A stretch of 63,100 nt of DNA, filler included, from Intoshia linei (taxonomy: Eukaryota; Animalia; Orthonectida): NCBI GenBank assembly GCA_001642005.1. It is 6 parts of 6 records of this genome, joined end to end, with 100 filler letters (N's around TTAATTAATTAA, not from the genome) between each part and the next. Parts side by side here need not be neighbours in the genome. Positions count along the whole stretch, not along the records: positions 21,671 to 48,758 come from LWCA01000454.1; positions 48,859 to 60,174 come from LWCA01001179.1; 4 more parts are not named here. One strand, 5' to 3'. Below the pieces are notes generated by a model. The model was not told where the DNA came from. It saw only the letters and a list, made by a program, of their open reading frames with translations, and did not search any database. Position numbers and translations under genes: made by a program. Below, one piece after another: positions 38,701 to 58,500 of this stretch (positions are counted from its first letter, which is position 1; each line of letters begins with the position of its first letter).

Positions 38701-41700
38701 TTGAATGTGTATTTAACAAAACGTTTAAAATGTGTTTGGTATAAAAAAGTGGCCCACGAGATGCAAAAGGTTGCCGGTTTATTGACTTATACTGATAACT
38801 TGAATCTTAAGATCGGCAGTTGAGTGGTGTACTGTTAGTCAGTGTTATTGTAATACTAGCTTGACTGTTATGTACTTCGTACAAATAGCATTCTAGCTCT
38901 CCGAGGATTAACTATTTTAATTCTACCAAAAAAATAAATGCTACATTCACTATTATCAATTAAAGGAGTGGTTCCTAAACTTGAATTTAAAATGAATTAT
39001 TCCTACTTAATTTTATTTGATTAGCATTTTTGTTAAGAATTTTTAAAAAAATTTTGTGATTCCATTTATTAGAGCAGTTGTTTTTAACCTTTTGGTGTTC
39101 GCGACCCTCTTATAAACATAAAAAATTTTCTATACACTCCAAACATCATATCAATTAACATAAATGAAAATATTAAAAAAGCATATTCAGTTTTATTTAT
39201 ATTTTATATTGTGTTCAAATTCTCACGACCCCCTGATAAATTTTGCGACCCCCGGTTGAAAACCACTGTATTAGAGAGAATGAATGTATAATCTTAAAAA
39301 TAAAGTTAAAATAGAAAATTTTAAAGATTATCATAAATAGCTTAAATTTCAGAAAAAATAAAATTGTAAATAAACCTGTATAATCAGTATCTGCTTTTGA
39401 TGAGTAAAAAATATCAATTGTGTATCAATAATTAATCAAGGATGAATTTACCAACATTGCAAAGCAGTGTAAATGATAATAACAGAGTTGTATTGGTTGT
39501 AGTTTTAAACTAAAATTTCGTTAAATTTTTTGAAAATGAGTACAATGAAAAAAAATCCGAAGGAATCAATTATATAGATTTTCACCAATATTTGTTTATT
39601 GGATTTGTGTAGACGTTTAATTCACGTTTTTTTGGAATTGTAGGATGGATATTTACATTTTTATTTTTGATTTTAATCCAAACATTTGAAAAATATTGAT
39701 TAATAATATATTAAAAATTATTTTTCAGCCGGAATGCGTAGATTTTTGGGGTTGAAATTTGGTATTTATATTAACTGGAATAATCTCTATCAGAGAAATC
39801 TGTTTTTTCATTGTTGGACCGTTAATTATTTTACATGTTTTGTTTTAATAAAATATTTCGATGAAACAAAATGTGAATACTAAAGTGTTATTTTGACCGT
39901 GAAGACGCTCTTATTCAGATTGAAATTTTTTGTTTGTGTTAATAAGATAGAACTGTACCATCTGTATTTTTTTGTAAATTCTAGGGCTGTTTTCAATTTA
40001 AAAAAAAATGGTAATCTGGTTTTGATCGTGAAAATTATATTTTTTGAGATTTCCATTGATGATAATGTTTATGATTTTAAAAACTATCCCCGAATTTATG
40101 TTTTATAAAATTATAGGACATGTTTCATTTTTAAAACAAAGGTTAATTTGTGGTTTTGACCATGAAGATATGCGTTTCGGAGGCTGAGATTAAAGAATTG
40201 TTAACTTTTTTAAAACGTGCCCCAGAATGTATGTTTTATTAAATTTTTGGCCTGATTTTTTTTTTACAAAAGGGAAAATTGGTTTTTGGCCATGAAGGAC
40301 TCGAATTCTGAAATTGAAAAATATATAAAAACACGCTCTGGGAAAACTGTATTAGAAATAGGGTTCTTTTAAATACTACGACTGTTAATTTTTTCAATAA
40401 ATCGTTACACAGTGTGTTCACACATTCATTTTTATATAAGTAAAGAATATCTGTATTAGCATTTTTTTTAAATATAAATTTAGGGTATTGATGAATATGG
40501 ATGGAAATTGCTTTATAAAGATGTATTCCGTGAACCCAAAAATTACATACTATTAATATCTCTGGTAGCTAACGGAATTCACTTTGTATGTTGCTTTTCT
40601 TTATTTTCATTAATATCTAGTATCGATATTATTGAATTTGATAGTCACGTAAATCGACTAGAATGGTTAATGAAATGTTACATATTTACTACCCCTATCA
40701 ACGGGTTTGTTGGTTCACATTTTTGTCATTTAAAAGGTGTTTGTCCAAATGACTCAAATTCAAATAAAAGACGTACCAATCGAACTTTATGGATAAAACA
40801 AGGCATATTATCGATAATAATATTCCCATGTGTGATTATAATAGTTTTGCTTGTTAGTAGCATTTTTGCAGTAGCTTACCAGTCTGAATTCTTGCACCCA
40901 AAACATTACTTTACCTACATATTTCTAGTAAGTTTATACATTCTTTCCGTTTTACCGGTACATGTTTTATCTACAATATTGACGAGATATCTCCCTCAAT
41001 GCAAAAAATTAAATTTTGTCAGACATTTGACCATCTCAACAGTCCCTCGCCATGTTCCTAGACAGAGATTTATTCTATCGTCTCGTTTTACTTCATGGTT
41101 TGCCTCCTTTTTGGCATTTATGGCTTTATACACTCAATAGTATGTTTTTGTGTTGATTTTTTATTTAATATTTAGTCATTATGTCATTAAAGCATTTTTG
41201 AATTATCAAGTTGGTTACAATTATGGACTGTGGAGTGTTTTTTATTGGATAATGTCATTTATGATTTTATCTTGCTCAATTCTCAGTACTTATTTGACTT
41301 TGAACGGTGAAAATCATCGATGGTTCATTTTAATTGTTTGTTTACTAATATTGAAAATAGGCATTGGCCGGCTTTCAACTGTGGTTTCTACATTGGGTTT
41401 TACACCTTTATATATTCCATATACTACTACCTCTATATATCAACGTAAGTGTTAGTAATACTATTTATTAACAATTTTTTTATTAAATTTATTAAAATTC
41501 AATTTAGCATGTCCACACCATTTCAAATTGTATTTTATTTTCTGTTAATGGCAGTCAGTTCATTTATTTTCTCGCTTATATGTGGTAATATTCAGTATAT
41601 ATAAGTTACGTTAAACCACCCATTTATTTTTTTTAATTTGTTACATGTACAGCTTTCTAATAATTTGGCATAATTCTAATACACTATTGAATTACAATAA

Positions 41701-41783
41701 ATAATTATATTTTAGGAGCTCTATCATTTACAGCTTCCTTTATATTTATTTATATAATATACAGTTCAGTAAAGTACGAATAA
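35769..41783 (+). CDS. TM9SF3: Transmembrane 9 superfamily member 3-like (nonaspanin), divergent
   Basis: Signal peptide then SDEHNHT|YEKKEQVILW; YNVTW...F..RHDKY.D; LKKDY.RY; DEYGWKLLYKDVFR; VPRHVP; LNGENHRWHW; C-terminal IYSSVKYE*. Intron 37002-40483 is TE-filled. Confidence 0.85.
37385..37654 (-). pseudogene. MULE/Mutator transposase C-terminal remnant (SWIM zinc finger plus basic AT-hook-like tail)
   Basis: WKLSTCTCRFFLKYFKCKHLIL (CxC-x8-CKH) and RKKRGRPK; lies in the TM9SF3 intron. Confidence 0.7.
37975..38547 (-). mobile_element. Helitron 5' half
   Basis: Family core ending ...TATTATATAAGTAAGA (minus strand TCTTACTTATATAAT). Confidence 0.65.
38856..40446 (-). mobile_element. Most complete non-autonomous Helitron copy (5' TC ... 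hairpin-CTAG 3')
   Basis: Minus strand starts TCTTTACTTATATAAAAATGAATG and ends hairpin + CTAG|T; no TSD. Confidence 0.8.
39075..39268. mobile_element. Buster-type hAT MITE nested in Helitron
   Basis: TIRs CAGTTGTTTTTAACC / GGTTGAAAACCACTG; perfect 8-bp TSD TATTAGAG. Other Helitron copies show the empty site. Confidence 0.92.
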
Positions 41784-41803
41784 AAATTTATTTATTGTTC
41801 TTA

Positions 41804-46912
<5,109 letters not shown>

Positions 46913-49582
46913 ATTTCTAATCTTTGAGGAAATGCAAAGTATCAAATAAGTCAATCGAGATAATCACTCCCAATATCGATTTATTAATTAATCTAAACTG
47001 ATATATTAATTTTTGCAATAGTTTAACCCAAAATGTTATTGTGTATGCTAAACTTAGACGAAGCGATATAATGCAAACTAAATGACATTATTTTTATAAA
47101 TTGCAGTTAGATTTTTCTAAATCTAGATTAAAGAAATAAATGCTATGTACAAGTATTATCTAGTCTTCTTGAACTCTAATAAATTGGTTATACCTTTGAA
47201 AATTTTGATTATTTTATTGATTCAGCTTTACAGCAAAACTTGCAATAATTTTTAAATTAATTATTTGTTTTACAAATAGATAAATACATTTGATACATTA
47301 AGTTTAAGACAATGTTGTAAAATCACATTCATTAATCAATGACAAAATTCTTGCAAGTTAGAAATTTTAATTGGAAACAGTCTACACTAGTCAAAAAATG
47401 TTATTATTTTAATTAAATTACATTTCCTATAAAAATTAAAAGTATTGACCTATTGATATACATTATGGTTTCATTTCTTATAGTAAATGTAGATAAAATC
47501 ACTAAAATAAAATCAATGAAACAATTTATTAACACTATCTCCAAATTAATTGTTTTTGACGTACATATGTATGTTTTTCATTTAATTTCTGCCTATTTTG
47601 TAATTCAGATAGACGTGAATCATCTATGCCTATTTTTGGATTCGTATCGTTTTCAGTAGACTCTTCCGTCAAATCTACCCCAGTAGATTCCATTGAATTT
47701 AGAAATATCTAAATTCAATATACATGTTTATTTTTTATTGTGTTTATGTAATTAGATCTAGCTGAATCGATTATTTAACATGAAATTACAATATACAACT
47801 ATTACATTATTTTATAAACCCATTCACACATGTTAACCGCCCTATTTTTATTCTAATTTAAATTTTAAAGGGAAGATAATATATTTATCTAATTTTATGT
47901 GGCAAATGTAACAAAATAATTTAAAGATTAATCCAATGACATTGAAACAAATTGTATAAAAATAAATAAAAAATGACAGTTGACCGATCAAATGTCATTA
48001 TTTGAAATTCCATTTTCACATAAATCAATATCACTCAATAATAACAATAAAAAATTATATAATTATAATTATTAAATATTTTAATGTTTATATATTTTGT
48101 TTGTGGGTAATATTCAACAATAATCCAATTACATGTAATTAGTGTATAGACATTAGGGTGTCACACCCATCAAAGAATCAAAAGCAATTAGCACTAAAAG
48201 TGTGTATTTTTAAAATAGAAAAACTAATTCGCAATCAAAAATATTTAACGCTATCTATTCGAATTGCGTTTGTCATTTTAAATATCATTGTATAAAAATT
48301 ATGGAGAAATTAAAACTGAAGTTTATTTTAACGGAAATTTGCGTTTGAGCCTTTAAGCGTGGTATCGACTTTATAATATTGTTCTCCATGTACACATATT
48401 ATACAGTTAATTTTTTTAAATTTGTTCCTAGCTCAATTTTTTTGGATTTTATTAACGATTTAATTTCTCGAATTCTGGCTAAATAGCCAATTAACATTGT
48501 TTAAACTTTAAATTTTTGCATAACATGAATTCCATAATAAATACAATCAATTATATAATAAACATATTTTTACATTGTACTTGCAAAGTTTTTATTATAC
48601 ATAACTACCCGTCTTAGAATTTTATAAAGTCCACATTTCAATTACAGTTTTTTCGGGTCTTCGCGAACATAATTTCAACCTCCCAAACTCACATCTTACT
48701 GGTTAAAAACCCCAATTGTCCTTTTTTTTGAAAATCAAACGAGTTGGAGAATTTAAAANNNNNNNNNNNNNNNNNNNNNNNNNNNNNNNNNNNNNNNNNN
48801 NNTTAATTAATTAANNNNNNNNNNNNNNNNNNNNNNNNNNNNNNNNNNNNNNNNNNNNGGCTGGTCACAGGTTTATTTGCACCCAACGGAATTTTATTAC
48901 GAGAATTGACTTTCTTTTTAAAATCTCGTCAAAATGTTTTGGCAAAGGAATGTTTGACGAAATGGACAACGCAAATATCAGCCTCATACAATTGAAATAC
49001 AAGCAATACAACGGCGTACCACGCGCATTACTCACAAGGTATACGTTCTAAATTTAACTGATGAACGTTTCGAAGTTGATTCTGGTTCTCGTGCAATTAA
49101 TTTGTGTCAAGAATCAATGATTAACCCCTTCATCATACACTGAAAAAGTTAGCATTACAATGGTGAATCCAACACCAACTTGGATCAATTTTATTGAATA
49201 TGTATTAATGTTTACATCCATTAATATGGTACTATACAATGAGAATAGACTTCCTGTTTAAAATCTCGTCAGCATGTTTTGCAAAGGAAGGTTCTACCCA
49301 CCTCGAAAAAACATTAGCTAACAGAAAACGCAAATATCCACCTCATAATATTGAAATACAAAATGTATGTTAATATATCTCAATAATAATCTCTAAATCT
49401 GCATAGTTCCATCAAAAAGGAAATTCTGTAACCAGCCATAAACACGGAGATATCCAAGTTACAAAACAGCACGGATGACTTGTTGTAAAGTGTACATAAC
49501 AAAATTTTAGCTTAAATCTCTGAAATCGGAAGATTAATATTTTTAAATTCTATATTGTAAATGATAAATTAGTAAATATTAA

Positions 49583-52500
49583 ATGATTAGATTGGTACTT
49601 TTATAAAAACATAAAAAAGTAATATTTTAATAGAATGATCATGTTTGGCTTCCGATATCTTGTGGAGAAAATAAAGAAATTGTGGTGATTGGAGCTAAAG
49701 TTGAAAACCTGGACAGTTCTAATTTATACTTGGTTGATGATGATGGTGATGTAATCTTAACTATTTAATTAAACATAATATAATTTATAAACCGGCGCTT
49801 TCAACTTTTTTTATTTGGTCCCAATTCATAGCAAAGGCATAGATTATAATAACAATAAAGTGTCATTATTGTATGTAGTTATGTGACAATTAGATGACGC
49901 ATAGAACCTAATAAATTTTAAACACGAGAATAGAGATTTATAAATATTTGTGTCTTGGTTATGAACGTCTTGTTATTATAACTCTGTTCAAAACCTTATC
50001 ATTTATTAACGTCATATTTTTTAGAAGCATAGATTGGATCTGAATATTAAATTAAAATTAATGAATGCTACTTCTGTCCAACATGTTCAAGACATGATTA
50101 AGTTGGGCGATCTTAACGAACCAGGAATACTTAGAAATTTATTTCAAAGATATAAAGAAAATTTGATTTATGTATTTAATTTTATTTATATTTGATTTTG
50201 GGTTTTCTTTTACTGTAGTCTATTTGCTTGTGCCATAAAGGATAATTTAGATATTATTTTAAGTCAGACTTATTTCATTATAATTATAATCATTATGTCT
50301 AGCAATTTACTAGTAAATTTATATTTTCAGTATTTAGTAAATTTAAAAAAAATTAATAGTAATTACTAGTAAAACAGTAAAAAGTGAAATATTGTTTTTA
50401 ACATATTGTAAAAAAAATTATTTATAGAAATGCCATTAAAAATGTATTCATAATTTTTTAAAAAACATCATTTATTGATACATCGCCCAATCGATTATTT
50501 AGTTACGAAATGAGTATTTTCGAATGACAAAACTCTTTGAAAAAATAGAATTTAGTAGAATTTTCATCATTGATAAACATATATATGATGTATAAAGTTT
50601 ATATATGTAATCAACACGATTTTCAAACATTTTCATTTATCTATTAACTATAATATTAATAGTTAATAGCCTTTTCTATCAACACTTTTTTCATGTTACA
50701 TTAAGTAATAATTGCAAAATCTAATTGTTTTGCTGTAGATAATTATAATGTTAATTACAAGTATATTATAATATACGAATTCACAATTTTTTTTTAATAT
50801 TTTTGGTAATATGTAAATATTTTATAATTATTAAATAACATTGATATTAATGATAATGCAAGCTTTTGAATGATACCTATCTACCATTTAAAATAGAGAA
50901 TCACCTTCTAACTTTTGTTTAGTGATTCAGGATCATTTATATCAGTTGTTCTCAACCTTTTTCAGTACATGGACCCTTTAATTATTTTATATTAGTCGTG
51001 AATCCCAGATTATAAAAAAATCTTCGTCGTACGCTACCTTATAAATCGATGCTTGTATATTTTTATAAAATTTTTGCCCATAGTTTTTTCGATTGAAAAT
51101 AGTTTTTATACAACTGTTTTAAAGTACACTTCTTGCTAACCCTTCAGCTAAAATTTAGACAATATAATAAAACGAGTGCAAATTTGTATCGAAAAAGGTG
51201 TAGACCAGTGGTTTTTAACCTTTTGTGTTTGCGACCTCCCTTATAAATATAAAAAATTATTGCGACCCAAAAATTTTCTATATATTCCAAACATCTTATC
51301 AATTCACATAAATGAAAATATTAAAAAAACATATTCAGTTTTATTTATATTTTATACTGTGTTCAAATTCTCACGACTTCCTAACGGTCGTGACCCCCGG
51401 TTGAAAACCACTCGTGTAGACTGTAAACATCATTAACGTTTCAATTAATGATTGCATGTTAAAATAAAATATAAATTAACATTACGATCAGTGATGTAAG
51501 AAAACGAGAACGTTAATCAAATAATCATGAGGATTATACAAATACAAATATTGTACAACAAATGACTATTTTCTCAAATTGATTCACGATATTATTTTTC
51601 TTATATATTACATATATGTATACATATACATATATAATAATTTTAATTTATAAATGAAATATGTAACAATGAAAATGCAATAAGTGTAAAAATAATGTTA
51701 AAATTGTAATATTGAATAAATCATGAAAAATATATGAAAAAACTGTAATATAAGAAATATGTGTAAAAAATTGTTATAAAAAATAAAAATTTATATTATA
51801 ACGCGGGCTGCATAATTGAAACCCTGGTATTGACACTGATGAATTACTCAGGGTCATTTGACGAGTAAATTCAGTTGGATTTTTAATGATTAAAGTCGAA
51901 ATAGCTACAGAAATAGCTGGTAAAATTAGTTTTCCCAATGTATGAGGTTTACAAGTTTTTGCTATAATTTTTGAAATTTCATAAGAAGCTGTTTAACCTT
52001 TATTTTTCTTGATAACTTTATTATTGAAGATATTGTTCATTTTAATCGATTTAAAATTTTCACGTTGTTTTGTAAAATACTCTAGTGATGGATTTTTTTT
52101 GTTGGCACAAAATTTATCTGTGGACCTCCTTGAGAACCACTGATTCAGATAACGCATGTCACACATCAAATTTTTACTTGTCCGCTTATGATGAGCTTCA
52201 TCATATATTTTCCGCAATAATTTATACAAGTTAAAATTTGTAATTAAAAATTTACTGGTTTTAACCCTAATAATGATAGAAATACAGTGGTTTCTGTACA
52301 ATATGAATGTCAAGAAACCGGATATTTAGAATATTCATAATAGAGTTGGTTGTACAATATGAATATGAATTAAGAATGAAGTGAATATTAACACAAATGT
52401 ATATTATACATTGTATAAGTATATATTTTTGCAATGGAAAATAGTTTCTAATTTTGTTGCTATTTTCAATTTGTTCTTAAATTAAAAAATTAATAATTAA

Positions 52501-55500
52501 TTAATTTTTTTTAAGATCTGGTTTTATCAGTTAAATATGTCATTATTTCTATATTTTTCTACAGCTTCAGTAAATAATTTTTTTGATTTAATGGAATTTC
52601 TGGTTAAAAAAAGAATTTAAACAACCAGTAGAGGCTTTAAAATCGTTCAAATTCAAAAGACTGTCAATTTCCAGCGCCATTTCTTTCAATATATTGTCAC
52701 TTATACTTATATTTAATGTCCGTTGACGTTGAAACCACTGATTCAATTTTCATAGATTTCCTTAGGCAAGGTTGTCTCTTCTGATTCAAATTATTACAAT
52801 TAATGATTTCTTTACAATTTTTTAACGACTTATTTATCAAACCTACTGAAATTGAGTGTTTGGTGGCTAAATATTTTTGAGTTGAATATTCGTCAAACAG
52901 TTTAATCAATTTTATTTTATCATTTATCAAAAAATCTTTTTCTCTTCAAATTCATATTGAATGGTTACTTTTCTGAAATTTATAAGTCACGTGATAGAAA
53001 ATTGATACAAATTTATGTTTATTTACACAAATTCATATTCACAGTTCATATTGAAAGAAATTAATATTAAAAATTTTTTCTTATAATAAATACTATATAA
53101 AATTTAACTTTTATTTTCATGAAATTCATATGAGCGTGAATTCATATTATACAGAATTCATATTGAACAGAAACCACTGTAATACTATAAATTTGGGTTT
53201 TTCACGAGCACGTTTTTGGAAAGATTGATTAGCCTTCCATTGTATCGTCATTATGGATGATTATGAGTTTATATCTAGCATTTTATGTCGTTGTTTGGTA
53301 ATTTAGCCTGCGACCAGGAATATTTTAGATATTTATTTAATTTTAGTGAACTTTCTACTTTAACCAATATCCCTTCGGGTCTAAGATAATTCCAACATAT
53401 ATCTATAGGGCATGACATTATTATTCCAATTGTAAATTTTATAAAAATATCAAAATCAAATATCTATAATTTAATTTTATATATCAAAATTGTTGATTCA
53501 ACAATGGATTGTAAATCTTATCCTTTAGACTTATACCGGATCCATATTGGTTGCGATAAATCCATATCAAATTTTACCAATATATAATGCTGAATATATC
53601 CACCGATATACCAACAGTCGTATGGGTAAACTAGAACCACATATATTTGCAATTGGTGATAGTGCATATGGAAACATGATGAGAAATGGGGAAAACCAAT
53701 GTATTGTTATTAGGTAATTTTCAACATTCTGATGTAAATAATGTATAGTAGTGTAATGTTTATTGTAACAATAATTTATACATATAATTATATATTTTAG
53801 GGATTAATATTACTTTTAAATAAGTTTTTATTCTGTTTCAATATTCTAAAGATACTTGAGTAATAATATAAATGGATTAGTTTCTAAAGTAAATATTAGA
53901 GATTAATAAACTAATGTTGTCTCATAGACTACATTACAAGTAGTGTTTCCCAAATTGGGCGATAGCGCCGAGTTGAGCGGTGAAATATTTAAAGGGGGCG
54001 GTGAAATTTTAGGGCGCTGTGAGAATTTTTATAAAATTATAATAAATATGTCCTTATCTACTATTTTATTTTTCAAAATCTCATCAATAAAGTAGGATTT
54101 TTTTTTGGCCAGGAACTATGTTTATCTGGGTGAAAATTGGAATTCTGTCATTATCGGACGAAAAAAGTTCAATTTAGAGTGTCCTGATGGATTCCAGTTT
54201 TATTGGAATGTTTGAGAGAGGAGAAAGAAGTTTACTGTACACAGTAAAGCGCGGGCGGATCTGTATTGGTTTGAGGAGCATTTTCTCAGAACTGAAAATC
54301 GAAATTCTGAATGGAAATCAGAACTCTGAAGATTATATATTTACCTTATCTGACACTTTACTTCCATTTGCTCACTCTCATTATGATACCGAGTATGTTT
54401 TAAAAAAAGATATTCCAATTCACTCTTCTTGTAAGGTAAAAGCATGGTTTGAAGAAGACTGTGTCACTGTAATGAAGTGGCTATCGAAGTCTCCTGACTT
54501 AAGCTTAACCTGATGAGAAAAAATCTAATATTACCTTAATAGAAAAATCCCATTTGTCCAATATTTTAAAAAAAATCAAATTTTGCCAAACCCTTATAGC
54601 AGTGCCGAATTAACTATACCGATACCTCATTCGGGGAGATGACTTGACGAAATTTTTGTAAAAATGAACATTTAAAAAATTATAATTTTGAATATCAAAA
54701 TTTGTGAATACAATTTAAAATGTAATCTCAAATATTAATATTATTTAACATACATACATGTATTTGTGTAAAAATAGTTTATATCGTAACAATGTAGTGA
54801 AGCACGAATGACGTTTTAGAGTCCACGTCGCCACTCTTATGGAGGGCTCTATTTCAGGCTCATATTTTTTTAAAATATTTCAAAGTGGTCCTTAATTAAT
54901 TTCATACGTTTAAGTCAATAAAAATTTTTTATGGCAATCTGTTTCAAGGTTAACCACTGCGATAACTTTACTACATAACCAAAACTTAATGACAATGTTT
55001 AGTGGTGAAAGTGGAGCCGGAAAAACAGAAAGTACAAAATTAGTATTACAATTTTTAGCTGCATCAAGTGGTAAACATTCTTGGATCGAACAGCAAATAT
55101 TGGAAGCAAATCCATTAATGGAAGCTTTTGGAAACGCAAAAACATTGAAAAATGACAATTCTAGTCGATTCGGAAAGTACATTGATATTAAATTTAACGC
55201 AAGCGGTTCAATAGAAGGAGCAAAAATTGACCACTATTTATTAGAAAAAAGTAGATTAATTTGTCCCATGAAAAATGAAAGAAATTATCACATATTTTAT
55301 TGTTTTTTGGCTGGATTAAAAAAAGAAACTTTGAATAAATTTAAACTAGAAGAAGCAAACAGTTATAAAATACTAACAGGTGGCGATTGCATTGATTGCG
55401 ACGGTAGATCCGATGCTAGTGAATTTGCGACTATAATTTCTGCCATGAAAGTATTGCAATTTGACGACGAAGAAATAAACATTATATGGACAATTATTGC

Positions 55501-58500
55501 AGCATTGTTACATTGCGGAAATATTTCATTCAAGGCGAGTTCTCATCAGAATACTGATGACAGTAGTAAAATTGTAAATAAAACACCTTTAATGAACGCT
55601 TCAGACCAGTTGGGGCTATTATCAAAAGACTTTGAATTTGCTTTACTTAATAAATCCATTATAACCCACCATGACACGGTTGTTACAAAGTTGGTTCAAT
55701 TTAAATGTGTTAATGTAAGAGATGCCTTCATTAAAGGTATATATGGACGATTATTTAGCTGGATAGTGCAAAAAATAAACGTAACGGTAGATGTTAAATT
55801 CAATAAAAAATTTACATCCATTGGTTTGTTGGATATTTTTGGTTTTGAAAATTTCACTCACAATAGCTTTGAACAATTGTGCATTAATTATGCCAATGAA
55901 AGCTTACAACAATTTTTTATTCATCACATGTTTAAAATGGAACAACAAGAATATGTTTCAGAAGGAATTGAATGGGAACATATTCAATTCTGCGACAACC
56001 AACCTACATTGAATCTTTTAGCTTGTAAACCCATGAATATTATCGCGTTAATAGCTGAAGAAAGTAATTTTCCTAGAGGAACAGATCTTACCATGTTGAA
56101 TAAATTACATTGTACTCATTCCAATAACAGTTTATATTTAAAGATGAAATCTGATAATATACCCATTTTTGGTATTAACCATTTTGCTGGACCAGTGTAT
56201 TACGAAGTTGATGGATTTTTGGAAAAAAATCGAGACACTTTTAGTGGAGATTTACTTCGATTGATTTTTAAATCAAAACTGCCACTATTGAAAATTTTAT
56301 TTAACAAAGAATTTGAATCTGATTTACACAGTCAAAAAAGAGCACCTAATCTTGGGACTCAATTTCAAACTTCATTGGATACGTTAATGAAAACTTTGAA
56401 AAAACGACATCCATTTTTTATTAGGTGTATTAAACCAAATGAATTTAAAAAACCAAAAGAGTTCGAACGAATGTTGTGTTTAAAACAACTCAGGTATTCT
56501 GGAATGATGGAAACGATTAAAATCCGTAAAGCCGGCTACCCAATTAGACACTTTTATATCGATTTTATTAATAGATACAAATGCTTTCTGACAAGTTCCG
56601 ATTTCGAATTATTTCATAAAAATGACTCAAAAAATTGGAAGGAATTATCAAAATCAATTTGCAATTACATTGATTTAGATAAAGACCAAACTGATTCTTT
56701 TCAATATGGCATATCAAAAATTTTTTTAAAGGAATATTTTGATGTAAATTTGGAAAATGTACGGGATGCAGTTATATCAAAAAAAATGGAATGCATAAAA
56801 CGAGTCATTATGGCATGGAAAACGAGGCAAAAATTTTTACGTATGAAGGATTCGATTCTATTGTTATCAAAAATTATTAAGACTAAAATATATAAAACGG
56901 AATATTGTAACAAATTAAAAGGAATTCAAAGACTTCAGTCTATCATAAAAGCTAAAGAACCCGAAAAATTGTTTATTAATTTGCATGATAATATTATTGG
57001 ATTTCAGATATATTGTAAATCTTTCTTGGCACAATCTATTTATATTAAACGCCAAGAATCGTTAATTACATTACAAACCATAATTAGAAACAAAATAAAT
57101 GTTTATAATTTCAAACGAAGAATAGAAGAATCGGACAAACGAGGTAAATTGAAATTACTTCGAATTGATGATGAATCAAAATTGAAAAAAGAAATGAAAT
57201 CTAAGAATGCTAAACAAGAAGCAGAACGATTATATCAGCTAAGATTGACTGAATTATTCAACGTGGAATCTGAAAAAAGAGCTATTGAAGATAAAGCTAC
57301 GGAACAACAAAAAAAACTAATGATGAATGCTGAAATTACTCGTAGGGCTCCAGTCGACGAGGAACGTATTGTAGATGAAATGTTTGGTTTTATAGATAGA
57401 AAAGCTAGTAATGAATCTAATTCAAAAATGGATAAAACCGCTGGAGCTTTTCAGGATTTGTTGGAAAAATCTAAACCAAAAGTTTCCAAGGTATCGAAGG
57501 AAATGGAAATCATACCTTCAGATACTTTGACAGTTGATAGTATTAAACAATTTGAATATGCAAAGTATGCTGCAACATATTTTCGGAAAGATGAAACGTT
57601 TACTTATTCGTGCCATGTTTTGGAGGAACCACTTCTCAAATTAGATAATAATGGAGACATTGTAGCTTCTCTCGCAGTTTGGGTTACCATTTTACGATTT
57701 ATGGGCGATTTACCGGAACCATTGAATTCACCCAACGCTAAAAATTTCAAAACACCAGTCATGTCAAAAATTTACTCAACATTGTCTCGTAAAGTCAACG
57801 AAGATGAGATTTATAAAGCACAAAATGCAGCATCCATGTTACAACAAGATATTGAAAATTCTAAAAATAAATGTGATGAAAATACCCAAAAGCCTATATC
57901 ACGTAAAAAATTAGTTTCATTGACTTTACGTCGTAAATCTAAACTAACGAATAATATTATGGATAGTATCAATACCAATCTTGATATTAATGAATCTGGC
58001 CATTTTTTTGTTGAAAATAGACCTACTTCAAATCTGGAAAAATTACATTTTATAATTGGTTTTTTTATGTTTTATATATTTTCATCAATTTTTAATTAGG
58101 CAATGGAATACTTCGCCCTGGATTAAGAGATGAAATTTATTGTCAAATTTGCAAACAACTTACCGATAATTTAAGTAGGAGTAGTCATGCACGTGGTTGG
58201 ATATTATTGTCTCTTTGTGTAGGGTGTTTTGCACCTTCTCAACAGTTTTTGCCTTATTTACGTTGCTTTATTAGCAAAGGACCTCTAGGATATGCACCAT
58301 ACTGTGAACATCGTTTAAGAAGGACTTGCTCAAATGGTGCTAGGAATCAACCTCCAGCTTATCTTGAACTAGAGGTTTCATTTTTTAGATATTATTATTT
58401 TCGATTTTAATTGAAGGTGTCATACATTTAAATTAATATCAATTGTGTAGTATTTTATCAAATTATTTATGGTTTATCCTTGATTCATATTATATAAGGC

